From an uncultured Anaerolineaceae bacterium (GTDB lineage: Bacteria > Chloroflexota > Limnocylindria > Limnocylindrales > CSP1-4), in assembly GCA_964610835.1 (NCBI GenBank), contig CAZSWK010000001.1:23843-87842 (forward strand): 64,000 nt of DNA. Direction: 5' to 3'. Of the stretch, positions 16,826 through 26,594 are shown one piece after another; position 1 is the stretch's first letter; the number at the start of each line of letters is the position of its first letter. A program made the translations under genes and the position numbers. The notes under the pieces were generated by a model, which ran no database searches, was not told the DNA's origin, and saw nothing but the letters and a program-made list of their open reading frames with translations.

Positions 16826-18239
16826 GCGAGTGCGCAGCGCCGCCGACATCGGCCGTGGCCTTGCCCCGGCCCGACCTGCCCGGCCGATACCGGCCGGCGA
16901 GCGGATCCACGTGATCGGCGCAGCCGGCGCCGGCGCCTCGGCCGCGGCGCTGCTGGCACAGCGCGCCGGCGCGATGGTCACTGGCTGCGACAGTGGCGGC
17001 CCCTCGCCGTACACGGCGGCCCTGGCAGAGGCCGGCATCGAGCTCGCGTGGCAGCATTCGGCCGCCCATGTCGAGCGCGAAGGGGCATCGCGACCACAGC
17101 GGCTGGCGGTCAGCAAGGCGCTGACCGCCGTTACGCCCGATCACCCGGAGCTGGCCGCTGCGCGCGACCTGGGCATACCCGCGGAGCCCTGGCAGCAGGT
17201 CGTCGCCGACAGCGCCGCGGGCGCCGGGCAGGCACTCGTGGCGGTGGCAGGCACGCACGGCAAGTCGACCACCAGCGGCTGGCTCGTCGACCTGCTCGTC
17301 CGCGCCGGGCGCGATCCATCCGCGTTCGTCGGCGCCCTGCTGCCGGCAGCGGTCACCGGTGGAGCGCCGAGCACGGCGCGCTGGGGGAGGGGCGACACGT
17401 TCGTGGTCGAGGCTGACGAGTACGCCGGGAATTTCGACCCGTACGTGCCGGTCGTCGCGCTGCTGCTCAACGCGGAATGGGATCACCCCGATGTGTTCGC
17501 CGACGAGAGCGCGGTGCTCGATGCCTTCGCGGCGTGGCTCGAACACGCGCCGGCCGCGACGCTCGTCGCCAACCTGGCCGATCCTGGCGTGGCGCGCATA
17601 GTCGCGCGGCTGACCGGCCGCAGTGGCGAAGTGCTGCCGGCACCTGCGGCACTGCCGCCCGGCTACGCCGTTGGCCTGCCCGGCCCGGCCAATGTCGACA
17701 ACGCCCGGGTCCTCCTGGGCGCCGGCCGCGTGCTGGACGTCAGCGAGCAGGTCATTCGTGAAAGCCTGGCTGGCTACGGTGGCGTCGGCCGCCGGATGGA
17801 GATCAAGGCCGATATCGGCGGGGTGACGGTCATCGACGATTACGCCCACCATCCCACCGCCATTGCGCGCACGCTCGAGGCCGTTCGGGAGCGCTATCCG
17901 CAACGGCGCGCCTGGGCGGTGTACGAGCCGCTCACCTATCACCGCACCGCGCTGATGCTCGAGCGCTTCGCCGATGTGCTGGCCACCGCCGACGAGGTGG
18001 CCATCGCCGACATCTGGGCCGGCCGCGACCCGGACACGACAATCACCAGTGCCGCCGCGCTGGCCGACGCGGTGACGCGGCGCGGTGGCCCGCAGGCCGC
18101 CGCGCCGGGCAGCGTCGAGCAAACGGCGGACTACCTGGCCGACCGCGTCCGGCCCGGTGACGTGGTGCTGGTGATGGGCGGCGGGCGCTCGTACGTGATC
18201 GCCGAGCGTCTGACCGGGCTGCTGGCCGGCCGGCCGTAG
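16812..18239 (+). CDS. Mur ligase family protein (MurC / Mpl-like UDP-N-acetylmuramate ligase)
   Basis: The Rossmann N-terminus reads 'IHVIGAAGAGASAAALLAQRAGAMVTGCD'. The P-loop is 'AVAGTHGKSTTSG', followed by 'VVEADEYAGNF' and 'IDDYAHHPTAI'. The start is uncertain: ATG at 16812 or GTG at 16830. It lies outside any dcw cluster. Confidence 0.75.
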   Translation: MPGAERVRSAADIGRGLAPARPARPIPAGERIHVIGAAGAGASAAALLAQRAGAMVTGCDSGGPSPYTAALAEAGIELAWQHSAAHVEREGASRPQRLAVSKALTAVTPDHPELAAARDLGIPAEPWQQVVADSAAGAGQALVAVAGTHGKSTTSGWLVDLLVRAGRDPSAFVGALLPAAVTGGAPSTARWGRGDTFVVEADEYAGNFDPYVPVVALLLNAEWDHPDVFADESAVLDAFAAWLEHAPAATLVANLADPGVARIVARLTGRSGEVLPAPAALPPGYAVGLPGPANVDNARVLLGAGRVLDVSEQVIRESLAGYGGVGRRMEIKADIGGVTVIDDYAHHPTAIARTLEAVRERYPQRRAWAVYEPLTYHRTALMLERFADVLATADEVAIADIWAGRDPDTTITSAAALADAVTRRGGPQAAAPGSVEQTADYLADRVRPGDVVLVMGGGRSYVIAERLTGLLAGRP

Positions 18240-18241
18240 AC

Positions 18242-18676
18242 TTGAAGGCGATGACACTTACCCCGGGAGACGGCCAGGACCTTCTGGCGCGGTTCAAGAA
18301 GGGCTGGGAGCAGCGCAAGCCTGACCTGATCATGGACTTGTTCGCCGCGGATGCCGACTACCGCGCCAGCCCGTTCGCGGAGCCACTGTCGGGAGCCAAC
18401 GCCATCCGCGCGCTGTGGAACGAGATGGCCGCGCAGCAGGCCAACGTCGAGTTCGATGCGGAGCGCGTCTGGGTCAGCGGCCAGGCCGTCCTGGCCAGCT
18501 TCCACGGGGCCTACACGCGACGGGTCGACGCCGCTCGTGTGCGCGTGCGCGGCTTCATGACATTCGAACTGGGTGACGCGCCGGCCGGCGGCGGCCGGCC
18601 GCTCGTGAGGCGCTTCCGCCAGTGGCCCCTCGAGCGTGAGGTGGGGCGCGACGCCACGTTCACTCCGGAGGGTTGA
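18242..18676 (+). CDS. NTF2/SnoaL-like fold protein
   Basis: The length is ~140 aa. 'LLARFKKGWEQRKPDLIMDLFAADADYRASPFAEPLSGANAIRALWNEM' matches the typical SnoaL/NTF2 N-terminal pattern. The assignment is by pattern only. Confidence 0.6.
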   Translation: MKAMTLTPGDGQDLLARFKKGWEQRKPDLIMDLFAADADYRASPFAEPLSGANAIRALWNEMAAQQANVEFDAERVWVSGQAVLASFHGAYTRRVDAARVRVRGFMTFELGDAPAGGGRPLVRRFRQWPLEREVGRDATFTPEG

Positions 18677-18679
18677 TCG

Positions 18680-19177
18680 ATGGCGAGTGATATTTCGTTT
18701 GACGTAGTGAGCGAGTTCGACCGCCAGGAACTGGTCAACGCGCTCGACCAGGCGCGGCGCGAGATCGCGACCCGCTACGACTTCAAGGGCACGCGCGCGG
18801 AAATCGAGCTGGGCAAGGATGAGCTCGTGCTGCGCGCCGACAGCGAGGCGCGTGCTCACGCCATGCGCGACCTGATCGAATCGAAAGCCATTCGGCGTGG
18901 GCTGTCGCTCAAGGTCTTCGACTGGGGCCAGATCGACGAGGCGGGCAGCAACACCGTGCGCCAGCACGTCGGTCTGCGGCACGGTCTGCCGGACGATCTG
19001 GCGCGCAAGATCACCAGGCTGATCCGTGACGAATTCCCCAAGGTGAAGTCGCAGATCCAGGGTGACGCGGTCCGCGTGAGCGGCAAGAGCAAGGACGAGC
19101 TGCAGCGGGTGATCGGTCGCCTGCGCCAGGAGGCGGAGGCCTACCCGGTTCCGCTGCAGTTCCAGAACTACCGCTGA
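18680..19177 (+). CDS. yajQ: YajQ family nucleotide-binding protein (UPF0234)
   Basis: 'SFDVVSEFDRQELVNALDQARREIATRYDFKGT...EIELGKDELVLRADSE' is the conserved YajQ N-terminus. The length is 165 aa. Confidence 0.85.
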   Translation: MASDISFDVVSEFDRQELVNALDQARREIATRYDFKGTRAEIELGKDELVLRADSEARAHAMRDLIESKAIRRGLSLKVFDWGQIDEAGSNTVRQHVGLRHGLPDDLARKITRLIRDEFPKVKSQIQGDAVRVSGKSKDELQRVIGRLRQEAEAYPVPLQFQNYR

Positions 19178-19197
19178 ACGCGATAGCTGCCCAGCCC

Positions 19198-20841
19198 GTG
19201 ACGGTCGCCGATCTGCTTGCGCGTGCCCTGGCCGATGCCGGCGTGCGGTGGGCCTTCACCGTGCCCGGGGAGAGCTTCCTCGAACTGCTCGATGCACTCC
19301 GGCGCGCCGGCATCGAGGTCATTGCCACGCGCCACGAGGGCGGTGCGGCGTTCATGGCCGAGGCAATCGGCCAGTTGACGGGGCGACCCGCAGCGTGCCT
19401 CGGCACGCGCGCCGTGGGAGCATCCAACCTGGGGATCGGCATCCATGCCGCGCGCCAGGACTCGACGCCCATGGTGGCGATCCTGGGCCAGGTGGAGCGT
19501 GCCCTGCGGGGGCGCGAGGCGCTGCAGGAGGCCGAGCTGGCGGCGACAATCGGTGGCCTGGCCAAGTGGGCCGCCGAGATCGATGATCCCGAGCTGGCCG
19601 CTGCACAGATCGGCGAGGGCCTGAGCAGCATGCTCTCCGGCCGGCCCGGACCAGCATTCTTCTCGGTGCCGGTGGACGTGTTTGCCCAGCCGCCGGGCGC
19701 GCAGCCGGTCGAGATCACGGCCGCTCGCCCAGCGCCACCGGATGCCGCCACGGTCGCGCGCACGCTGGCCCTGCTGGCCGGTGCCCAGCGGCCGGCCATC
19801 CTGGCCGGCGGTGGGGTGATCCACGCCGGGGCGGTCGACGCCCTGCAGCAGCTCAGCGAGCGGCTCCAGGTACCGGTCTTCACCGCCTGGCGCCGGCCCA
19901 CGGCATTTCCCAATGACGATCCGCGCTACCTGGGCGTCACCGGCTATGGTGCCGCCGCGACTGTGCTGCCGCGGCTCAAGTCCGCCGACGCGCTGCTCGT
20001 GCTGGGCTGCCGGCTCAACGAACCCGCCTCGTTCGAATACCGGATACCGGCGCGCGGCACACGCTGGGCGCATGTCGACCTGGCGCCGCGCCAGCCCGGA
20101 CACCGCCTGCGCAAACCGACCATCGAGCTTGCGGCCGACGCCGGCGCTTTCCTGCACGCCGCACTGGAGGCAAGCTCGCCGGCCAAAGACGACTCGCTCA
20201 AGGCGCGCGAGCAGGCCATCGCCGCCGACCGCGAGGCGTACCTGGCGGCCAGCCTGCCGGTGGAGCAGGGGCCGTCTGGAAGGCGCGGCGCGGGCGTGAA
20301 CCCGGGCGCCGTCATCGCCACCCTTCAACGTGTACTCGCTCCGCAGTCGATCATCACCAGCGATGCCGGCAACTTCGGGCTGTGGCTGGCACGAAGCTTC
20401 CGCTTCGGGCGCCAGAACGCGTTTCTCGGATCCACCTCCGGGGCGATGGGCTTTGGGCTGCCGGCGGCCATCGCGGCCGGCCTGGCCGCGCCCGAGCGGC
20501 CCGTCGTGGCGCTGTGCGGTGACGGCGGCTTCGCGATGACCATGAACGAGCTCGAGACCGCCGTGCGCACGGGAGTGCGGCCCGTGGTACTGGTGTTCGA
20601 CAACCGGCGCTTCGGCACGATCGCGATGCACCAGCAGAACGAAGGTCGTGACGCGGTTGCGACCGAGCTCGGCCCGTTCGACTTCGCCGCCGTAGCGCGC
20701 GCCGCGGGTGCCCAGGGCGGCCGGGTCACGCGTGACGTGGAGTTTGAACCGGCGCTGCGCGACGCGCTCACGGCGGACCGGCCGGCAGTGCTGCATCTCG
20801 AGATCGATCCGCGCTGGGTGTCGCCCGACCGCTTCGACTGA
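19198..20841 (+). CDS. thiamine pyrophosphate-dependent enzyme (acetolactate synthase large-subunit-like)
   Basis: The N-terminal pyrimidine-binding domain reads 'GVRWAFTVPGESFLELLDAL...HEGGAAFMAEA'. The C-terminal TPP motif reads 'GDGGFAMTMNELETAVR'. The specific reaction cannot be assigned from sequence. Confidence 0.8.
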   Translation: MTVADLLARALADAGVRWAFTVPGESFLELLDALRRAGIEVIATRHEGGAAFMAEAIGQLTGRPAACLGTRAVGASNLGIGIHAARQDSTPMVAILGQVERALRGREALQEAELAATIGGLAKWAAEIDDPELAAAQIGEGLSSMLSGRPGPAFFSVPVDVFAQPPGAQPVEITAARPAPPDAATVARTLALLAGAQRPAILAGGGVIHAGAVDALQQLSERLQVPVFTAWRRPTAFPNDDPRYLGVTGYGAAATVLPRLKSADALLVLGCRLNEPASFEYRIPARGTRWAHVDLAPRQPGHRLRKPTIELAADAGAFLHAALEASSPAKDDSLKAREQAIAADREAYLAASLPVEQGPSGRRGAGVNPGAVIATLQRVLAPQSIITSDAGNFGLWLARSFRFGRQNAFLGSTSGAMGFGLPAAIAAGLAAPERPVVALCGDGGFAMTMNELETAVRTGVRPVVLVFDNRRFGTIAMHQQNEGRDAVATELGPFDFAAVARAAGAQGGRVTRDVEFEPALRDALTADRPAVLHLEIDPRWVSPDRFD

Positions 20842-20850
20842 CGGCATCGC

Positions 20851-20878
20851 TTGACAGATGCTTTACTGTGCCTAGACT
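20851..20878 (+). promoter_or_regulatory. sigma-70-type promoter candidate for the marR-ABC operon
   Basis: TTGACA (20851-20856) and TAGACT (20873-20878) are separated by 16 nt in a locally AT-richer spacer, 10 nt upstream of the marR start at 20888. Confidence 0.45.
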
Positions 20879-20887
20879 GCTCATGGC

Positions 20888-21394
20888 ATGCCGAACATCA
20901 ATGACACACTAAATAACGGCGCCAAGAACCGCGAGGCGCTGGTCGCCGACGTGCTCGAAGAGTTCAATCAGATCAGCTTTCGCGACTTTCAGGTGACCCT
21001 CAAACGCTGGTACGAGGGCTCCCTGAGCCTCGTGCATCTCAACGTCCTCATGGCTCTGCGCGCACACGGTTCGTTGACCATGTCGCAGCTGGCGGATCTG
21101 CTCGACGTCTCGGTCGCCAGCGCGACGGGCATCGTCGATCGCATGGAGAAGAAGGGCGTGGTCGAGCGGCGCCACAGCGAGGCGGATCGGCGCGTGGTCG
21201 AGGTGCACGTCACCGACCAGGGAGAGGCCGTTTCGCAGGCGATGCGCACGGAGCGCCAGATGCGCCTGTCCGCGCTGCTGGCCGAGATCGATGGCGAGGA
21301 CCTGGCGGCGCTGCTGCGTGGCCTGCGCGCCTTCCGCGTTGCGCGCGAACGGATCCTGGCCAACCTGCCCGATGCCTTGAAGAACCGTCCGTGA
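20888..21394 (+). CDS. MarR family transcriptional regulator
   Basis: 'LNVLMALRAHGSLTMSQLADLLDVSVASATGIVDRMEKKGVVERRHSEADRRVVEVHVTDQG' is the MarR winged-helix core. Confidence 0.88.
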   Translation: MPNINDTLNNGAKNREALVADVLEEFNQISFRDFQVTLKRWYEGSLSLVHLNVLMALRAHGSLTMSQLADLLDVSVASATGIVDRMEKKGVVERRHSEADRRVVEVHVTDQGEAVSQAMRTERQMRLSALLAEIDGEDLAALLRGLRAFRVARERILANLPDALKNRP

Positions 21395-23130
21395 CCCGTC
21401 TGCTGCGGGCCTACCTGCGCCCCTACTGGCGTCAGATCCTGGTGGTGCTGGGCCTCCTGTTCGTGCAGGCGCTCATGAACCTGTACCTGCCCGACCTCAA
21501 CGCCGACATCATCAACAACGGCGTCTCCAGGGGCGACACGGCCTACATCGTGAACACCGGTGGCCTGATGCTGGTGGTCACGCTGGTGCAGGGCGTTACG
21601 TCGGTCGTCGCCATGTTCCTCGCCGCGCGCGTGTCGATGGGTTTCGGCCGCGACGTGCGCGCCGCGGTGTTTCGCAGCGTGGGCACCTTCTCGCAGGTCG
21701 AGATGAACCGTTTCGGCACGCCGTCGCTGATCACCCGCAACACCAATGACGTGCAGCAGGTCCAGATGGTCGTGTTCATGGGCCTGACCGTGATCCTGCT
21801 GGCGCCGATCATGGGCATCGGCGGCATCATCATGGCCATCCGTCAGGACGTGCCGCTGTCAAGCCTGCTGGTCGTGATCCTGCCGATCATGTTCGTGTTC
21901 ATCGGCCTGGTGGTGCGCATCGCCGTCCCGCTCTTCCGTGCCATGCAGGTCAAGCTCGACCGCATCAACCAGGTCATGCGCGAAGCTCTTGCCGGCGTGC
22001 GCGTCATTCGCGCGTTCGTGCGCGTGGAGCACGAGGAGCGGCGCTTCGATGTGGCCAACGAAGACCTCTTCGACACCGCCCTCAGCGTCAACCGCCTGTT
22101 CGCGGTGACCATCCCGACGATGATGATCATCCTCAACCTCTCGCAGGTGGCGGTGATGTGGTTCGGCGCGGGCCGCATCTCATCGGGCGCCATGCCGATC
22201 GGCAACCTGACCGCCTTCCTGACCTATCTCATGCAGATCCTGTTCTCGGTACTGATGGCCGTGATGATGTTCATCTTCGTTCCCCGCGCCGCCGTGTCGG
22301 CCGACCGCATCCGCGAGGTGATCGAGACCGAACCGCTGATCAGCGATCCGCGCGAACCGATCTCGATCGTGCCCCAGCTCGGCGTGCGCGTGGAGTTCAG
22401 CAACGTCACGTTCAGTTACCCGGGCGCCGAGCAGCCGGTCCTCCATGACGTTTCATTCGTTGCCGAGCCCGGTCAGACGACGGCCATCGTGGGCAGCACG
22501 GGCAGCGGCAAGACAACGCTCATCAACCTCATCCCGCGCTTCTATGACGTGACCGCAGGGGCGGTCCTGGTCGACGGCGTCGACGTGCGTCAGATGCGCC
22601 GCGACGACCTGTGGCAGATGATCGGCGTCATCCCACAGAGCGCGTTCCTGTTCAGCGGCACGGTAGCCAGCAACCTGCGCTACGGCGACGAGCAGGCCAC
22701 CGACGAGGACCTGCAGCGAGCGCTCGAGATCGCCCAGGCCGCTGATTTCGTGGCCGAGATGGCCGGTGGCCTGGAGGCGGGGATCGACCAGGGTGGCACG
22801 AACGTGTCGGGCGGTCAGCGGCAACGACTGGCGATCGCGCGGGCGCTGGTCAAGCGCGCCCCGCTGTACATCTTCGACGACAGCTTCTCGGCACTCGATT
22901 TCCGCACCGACGCGCGCCTGCGCGGCGCGCTGCGGCGTGAGCTGGCCGGTGCCGCGGTCATCATCGTCGCCCAACGCGTCGGCACCATTCTCAACGCGGA
23001 GCGCATCGTGGCCATGGACGAGGGACGAGTGGTCGGCGTGGGCACGCACTCCGAGCTGATGGCAAGCTGTGCCACGTATCGCGAGATCGTTTACTCGCAG
23101 CTCACGCCAGCCGAGGCCAAGGTCGCATGA
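21391..23130 (+). CDS. ABC transporter permease/ATPase (type I exporter half-transporter)
   Basis: A six-TM exporter domain is followed by Walker A 'GSTGSGKTT', signature 'VSGGQRQRLAIARAL' and Walker B 'LYIFDDSFSALD'. The start overlaps the marR stop by 4 bp. Confidence 0.9.
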   Translation: MTRLLRAYLRPYWRQILVVLGLLFVQALMNLYLPDLNADIINNGVSRGDTAYIVNTGGLMLVVTLVQGVTSVVAMFLAARVSMGFGRDVRAAVFRSVGTFSQVEMNRFGTPSLITRNTNDVQQVQMVVFMGLTVILLAPIMGIGGIIMAIRQDVPLSSLLVVILPIMFVFIGLVVRIAVPLFRAMQVKLDRINQVMREALAGVRVIRAFVRVEHEERRFDVANEDLFDTALSVNRLFAVTIPTMMIILNLSQVAVMWFGAGRISSGAMPIGNLTAFLTYLMQILFSVLMAVMMFIFVPRAAVSADRIREVIETEPLISDPREPISIVPQLGVRVEFSNVTFSYPGAEQPVLHDVSFVAEPGQTTAIVGSTGSGKTTLINLIPRFYDVTAGAVLVDGVDVRQMRRDDLWQMIGVIPQSAFLFSGTVASNLRYGDEQATDEDLQRALEIAQAADFVAEMAGGLEAGIDQGGTNVSGGQRQRLAIARALVKRAPLYIFDDSFSALDFRTDARLRGALRRELAGAAVIIVAQRVGTILNAERIVAMDEGRVVGVGTHSELMASCATYREIVYSQLTPAEAKVA

Positions 23131-25145
23131 GCGGGACTCCGGGCGGCAGCCAGCGCGGACCGGCTCCCGGCGGTGCGCGTGGCAGCGGGCCGTTCGCGGG
23201 CGGCCGGCGACCTGGTCGGCGCGGTTTCGGGCCCGGCCAGATGATGATGGGCGGCATGCCGCCGGAGAAGTCCAGGGACTTCGGCAAGTCGTTCCGGCGG
23301 CTGCTCGGCCAGCTGCGCCCCGAGAGCAGGCGACTGGTGCTGGTGCTGGTGTTGGCCGTGGCCAGCGTCGTCTTTGCCGTGCTCGGCCCGAAGATCCTGG
23401 GCAACGCGACCAACATCATCTTTTCGGGGGTCATCTCCCAGAATCTCCCCGCCGGCGTCAGTCAGGCCCAGGTCGAGGCCGGGCTGCGTGCGCAGGGGCA
23501 GGGCCAGCTGGCCGACATGCTGCAGGGCATGACCCTCACGCCGGGTGTCGGCATCGACTTCGGCGCGCTGGCCGGCGTACTCATCGTGCTCATCGGCATC
23601 TTCGCCCTGAGCGCGGTCTTTGCCTGGGCGCAGGCGTACATCATGGCCGGCGTCACGCAGCGCACCGTCTATCGGCTGCGCCGCGACGTCGACCTCAAGC
23701 TGGGCCGGCTACCGCTCAGGTATTTCGACGACCATCCGCGCGGCGATCTGCTCAGCCGGGTGACCAATGACATCGACAACATCGGCCAGACGCTGCAGCA
23801 GAGCCTGACTCAGCTGATCACCTCGATACTGACCGTCGTCGGCGTGCTGGTGATGATGCTCTCGATCAGTTGGGAGCTGGCCGCGATCTCGATCCTGGCC
23901 GTGCCAGCATCGATCGTCGCGACGATGCTCATCATGCGCCGCTCGCAGCGGCAGTTCGCCGCCCAGTGGGCCTCGACCGGGGCGCTCAACGGGCAGGTCG
24001 AGGAGGTGCACACCGGGCACAACATCGTTACCGTCTTCGGCCGCCAGCGCGAGGCGATGGAGCGCTTCAACGAGGAGAACGAGCGGCTCTACGACGCCAG
24101 CTATCGGGCGCAGTTCATCTCCGGTGGCATCCGCCCGGCCATGAACCTGATCAGCAACTTCAACTACGTCGCCATCGCGGTCATCGGCGGCGTACGCGTG
24201 GCCACCGGCCAGATGTCGCTGGGCGACGTCGTCGCGTTCATCCAGTACTCGCGCCAATTCACCCAACCGATCGTCCAGGCCGCGAGTATTGCCAATGTCC
24301 TGCAGTCGGCCGTCGCGTCGGCCGAGCGCGTGTTCGAATTGCTCGACGAAGGCGAGCTCAGTGCCCAGCCGGAGCAGCCGACGCGGCTCGAGGAGGTGGC
24401 CGGGAAGGTCGTTTTCGACGATGTCTCGTTCCGCTATCTACCCGACGTGCCGCTGATCGAGCACCTGAGCCTGGTCGCCGAACCAGGGGCCACGGTGGCC
24501 ATCGTCGGCCCGACCGGCGCCGGTAAGACGACCCTCGTCAATCTGTTGATGCGCTTCTACGACATCGACGGCGGGCGCATAACGGTCGACGGCGTCGATA
24601 CCCGGGACCTGTTGCGCGAGGAGCTGCGCCGCGAGTTCGGCATGGTTCTCCAGGACACGTGGCTCTTCCACGGGACGATCCGCGAGAACATCGCCTACGG
24701 CCGCGAGGAGGCCAGCGAGGAGCAGATCATTGCCGCGGCCGAGGAGGCGCACGTCGATCACTTCGTGCGTACGCTCCCCGACGGCTACGACACGGTGGTC
24801 GATGACGACGCTACCAACCTGTCACAGGGTGAAAAACAGCTACTGACCATCGCCCGCGCGTTCCTGGCCGACCCGCGCATGCTCATCCTCGACGAGGCGA
24901 CGAGCTCGGTCGACACGCGCACCGAGGTACTCATCCAGAAGGCCATGGCCAAGCTGATGGCCGGGCGGACGACGTTCGTCATCGCCCACCGGCTGTCGAC
25001 GATCCGCGATGCCGATCTCATCGTGGTCATGGATCACGGCAGGATCGTCGAGACCGGCCGGCACGCGGAGCTGCTCGCTGCCGAAGGTTTCTATTACGAG
25101 CTCTACCAGAGCCAGTTCGTGGAGGCGCTCGCCGAAGCCGCTTGA
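23127..25145 (+). CDS. ABC transporter permease/ATPase (partner half-transporter)
   Basis: A Gly/Pro-rich N-terminus and a TM domain are followed by 'GPTGAGKTT', 'LSQGEKQLLTIARAF' and 'ILILDEATSSVD'. The start overlaps the upstream gene by 4 bp, so a heterodimeric exporter is implied. Confidence 0.9.
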   Translation: MSGTPGGSQRGPAPGGARGSGPFAGGRRPGRRGFGPGQMMMGGMPPEKSRDFGKSFRRLLGQLRPESRRLVLVLVLAVASVVFAVLGPKILGNATNIIFSGVISQNLPAGVSQAQVEAGLRAQGQGQLADMLQGMTLTPGVGIDFGALAGVLIVLIGIFALSAVFAWAQAYIMAGVTQRTVYRLRRDVDLKLGRLPLRYFDDHPRGDLLSRVTNDIDNIGQTLQQSLTQLITSILTVVGVLVMMLSISWELAAISILAVPASIVATMLIMRRSQRQFAAQWASTGALNGQVEEVHTGHNIVTVFGRQREAMERFNEENERLYDASYRAQFISGGIRPAMNLISNFNYVAIAVIGGVRVATGQMSLGDVVAFIQYSRQFTQPIVQAASIANVLQSAVASAERVFELLDEGELSAQPEQPTRLEEVAGKVVFDDVSFRYLPDVPLIEHLSLVAEPGATVAIVGPTGAGKTTLVNLLMRFYDIDGGRITVDGVDTRDLLREELRREFGMVLQDTWLFHGTIRENIAYGREEASEEQIIAAAEEAHVDHFVRTLPDGYDTVVDDDATNLSQGEKQLLTIARAFLADPRMLILDEATSSVDTRTEVLIQKAMAKLMAGRTTFVIAHRLSTIRDADLIVVMDHGRIVETGRHAELLAAEGFYYELYQSQFVEALAEAA

Positions 25146-25153
25146 GTGCATGT

Positions 25154-25173
25154 GCGTTGCCAGCTGGCAACGC
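25154..25173 (+). terminator. perfect palindromic hairpin after the ABC operon
   Basis: 'gcgttgcc agct ggcaacgc' forms an 8-bp stem starting 9 nt after the stop. There is no U-tract. Confidence 0.4.
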
Positions 25174-25322
25174 TGCGCTGGTCACTCCCGGCCGATTGGG
25201 TGTAGTTTGGTGCCTCATGGGACAGTCGTGGTCCCTGAGTACAGCTGCACCGGAAGCGACCGGCCCCAGGACCCCAGCCTGTGACGGCGCGGCCGTTCCG
25301 AGTGCTGACATGGAGGTTTTGA

Positions 25323-26540
25323 ATGGCAGTTTCGTTTGGGGCGAGGCTGACACGCGTTGCCGTGGCGTGTTCAGTAGCCCTGCTTGGTGCACTCGTATTG
25401 AGTGCGCCGGTGGCGGCCCATGGCTTTGGCCACCACCGCATCTACGTTTCACCCAACGGCTCGGCGGACAACTCAGGCACCTCGTGCCGGCACGCGAAGT
25501 ATTCGTCGATCAATGACGGCATCGCGGCTGCGCCCAATCACGGCACCGTGATCGTATGCCGTGGGACGTACACCGAGACTGCCGCCGTTAACAAGTCGAT
25601 CACTCTCGAGGGCCATCACGCGGTCATCGACGCCACGGGCCTCAACAACGGCGTTCTGATCACCAGTTCGTGGGCCACGGTCGAGCGCCTGACGGTCAAG
25701 AATGCGATCGGTGAGGGCATCCTCGCCATGGGCACACCGGGCACGCCGGGCACCCCGATCACGCACGTGACCATCCAGCGCAACAAGGTGCTCAACAACG
25801 ACCAGGGTGGCCCCGACTCCGGCTACGCCGAGTGCGCGCCGTCCGGCGAGGTGCCGGGCGACTGCGGTGAAGGCATTCACCTGATGGTCGTCGCCAACTC
25901 GACCGTTCGGCAGAACGTCGTGCAGGGCAACTCGGGCGGCATCCTGCTGACCGATGAGTTCGGCCCCACGTATGGCAACAAGATCGTGCTCAACCTGATC
26001 CAGAACAACGCCTACGACTGCGGGATCACGCTCGCCGGCCACGGGCTGGGTTGGGATGTCGCCGGCCAGGCGACGTCACCGGCCACCGGTGGCGTCTACG
26101 ACAACCTGATCCGCGGTAACGTCGTGCGCCGCAACGGCCTGCTGGGCGAAGGTGCCGGCGTGCTCATGGCAGCGGCCTGGGAGGGCGCGGCAGTCTATGA
26201 CAACCACGTCGACCACAACTACATCATGGGCAACAACCTGGCCGGTGTGACCATTCACTCGCACCCGGCGTCAGCTACGAACCCGGTCGGTGGATACGTG
26301 GGCGGCAACATGATCACCCACAATCTCATTGGCCGGAACAACGTCGGTGGTGACCCCGACGCCGGCGTGTCCGACACGACCGGAATTCTCGTCTACTCGT
26401 CGGGTCAGGCGACCACCGTCACCATCAGCCACAACGTGATCTTCCGCAACCACTTCGGTATCTGGCTGAGTCCGACGACTGTCTCGGCCAGCATGAACCA
26501 CAACGTCTTCCTGCACGACGACATCAACGTCGGCCCCTGA
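25323..26540 (+). CDS. secreted right-handed parallel beta-helix repeat protein (NosD/pectate-lyase-like fold)
   Basis: A GGAGG RBS precedes the start. The signal peptide is 'VAVACSVALLGALVLSAPVAAHG'. Periodic 'N..G(I/V)' beta-helix rungs are present ('NNGVLIT','NSGGILLTD','NNAYDCGITLA','NLAGVTIHS','NHFGIWLS'). Confidence 0.7.
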   Translation: MAVSFGARLTRVAVACSVALLGALVLSAPVAAHGFGHHRIYVSPNGSADNSGTSCRHAKYSSINDGIAAAPNHGTVIVCRGTYTETAAVNKSITLEGHHAVIDATGLNNGVLITSSWATVERLTVKNAIGEGILAMGTPGTPGTPITHVTIQRNKVLNNDQGGPDSGYAECAPSGEVPGDCGEGIHLMVVANSTVRQNVVQGNSGGILLTDEFGPTYGNKIVLNLIQNNAYDCGITLAGHGLGWDVAGQATSPATGGVYDNLIRGNVVRRNGLLGEGAGVLMAAAWEGAAVYDNHVDHNYIMGNNLAGVTIHSHPASATNPVGGYVGGNMITHNLIGRNNVGGDPDAGVSDTTGILVYSSGQATTVTISHNVIFRNHFGIWLSPTTVSASMNHNVFLHDDINVGP

Positions 26541-26564
26541 CCGCATTTCGCGTTAGGTAACGAA

Positions 26565-26590
26565 ACCGGCCCCGGGCAACCGGGGCCGGT
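26565..26590. terminator. bidirectional terminator hairpin between convergent genes
   Basis: 'accggccccgg' (26565-26575) pairs with 'ccggggccggt' (26580-26590) across the loop GCAA. It is flanked by AAA on the 5' side and CTTTCT on the 3' side. It sits between the 25323..26540 (+) and 26595..27128 (-) genes. Confidence 0.65.
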
Positions 26591-26594
26591 CTTT

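Noticed and set aside
14781-20847. Long minus-strand ORFs (14781..16391, 16118..17116, 16761..18257, 18131..18982, 19011..19913, 19168..20847).
   Set aside because: All are antisense to recognisable plus-strand genes (RodZ-like, cinA-C, Mur ligase, NTF2-like, yajQ, TPP enzyme). All have Arg/Gly/Pro-rich non-protein-like composition.
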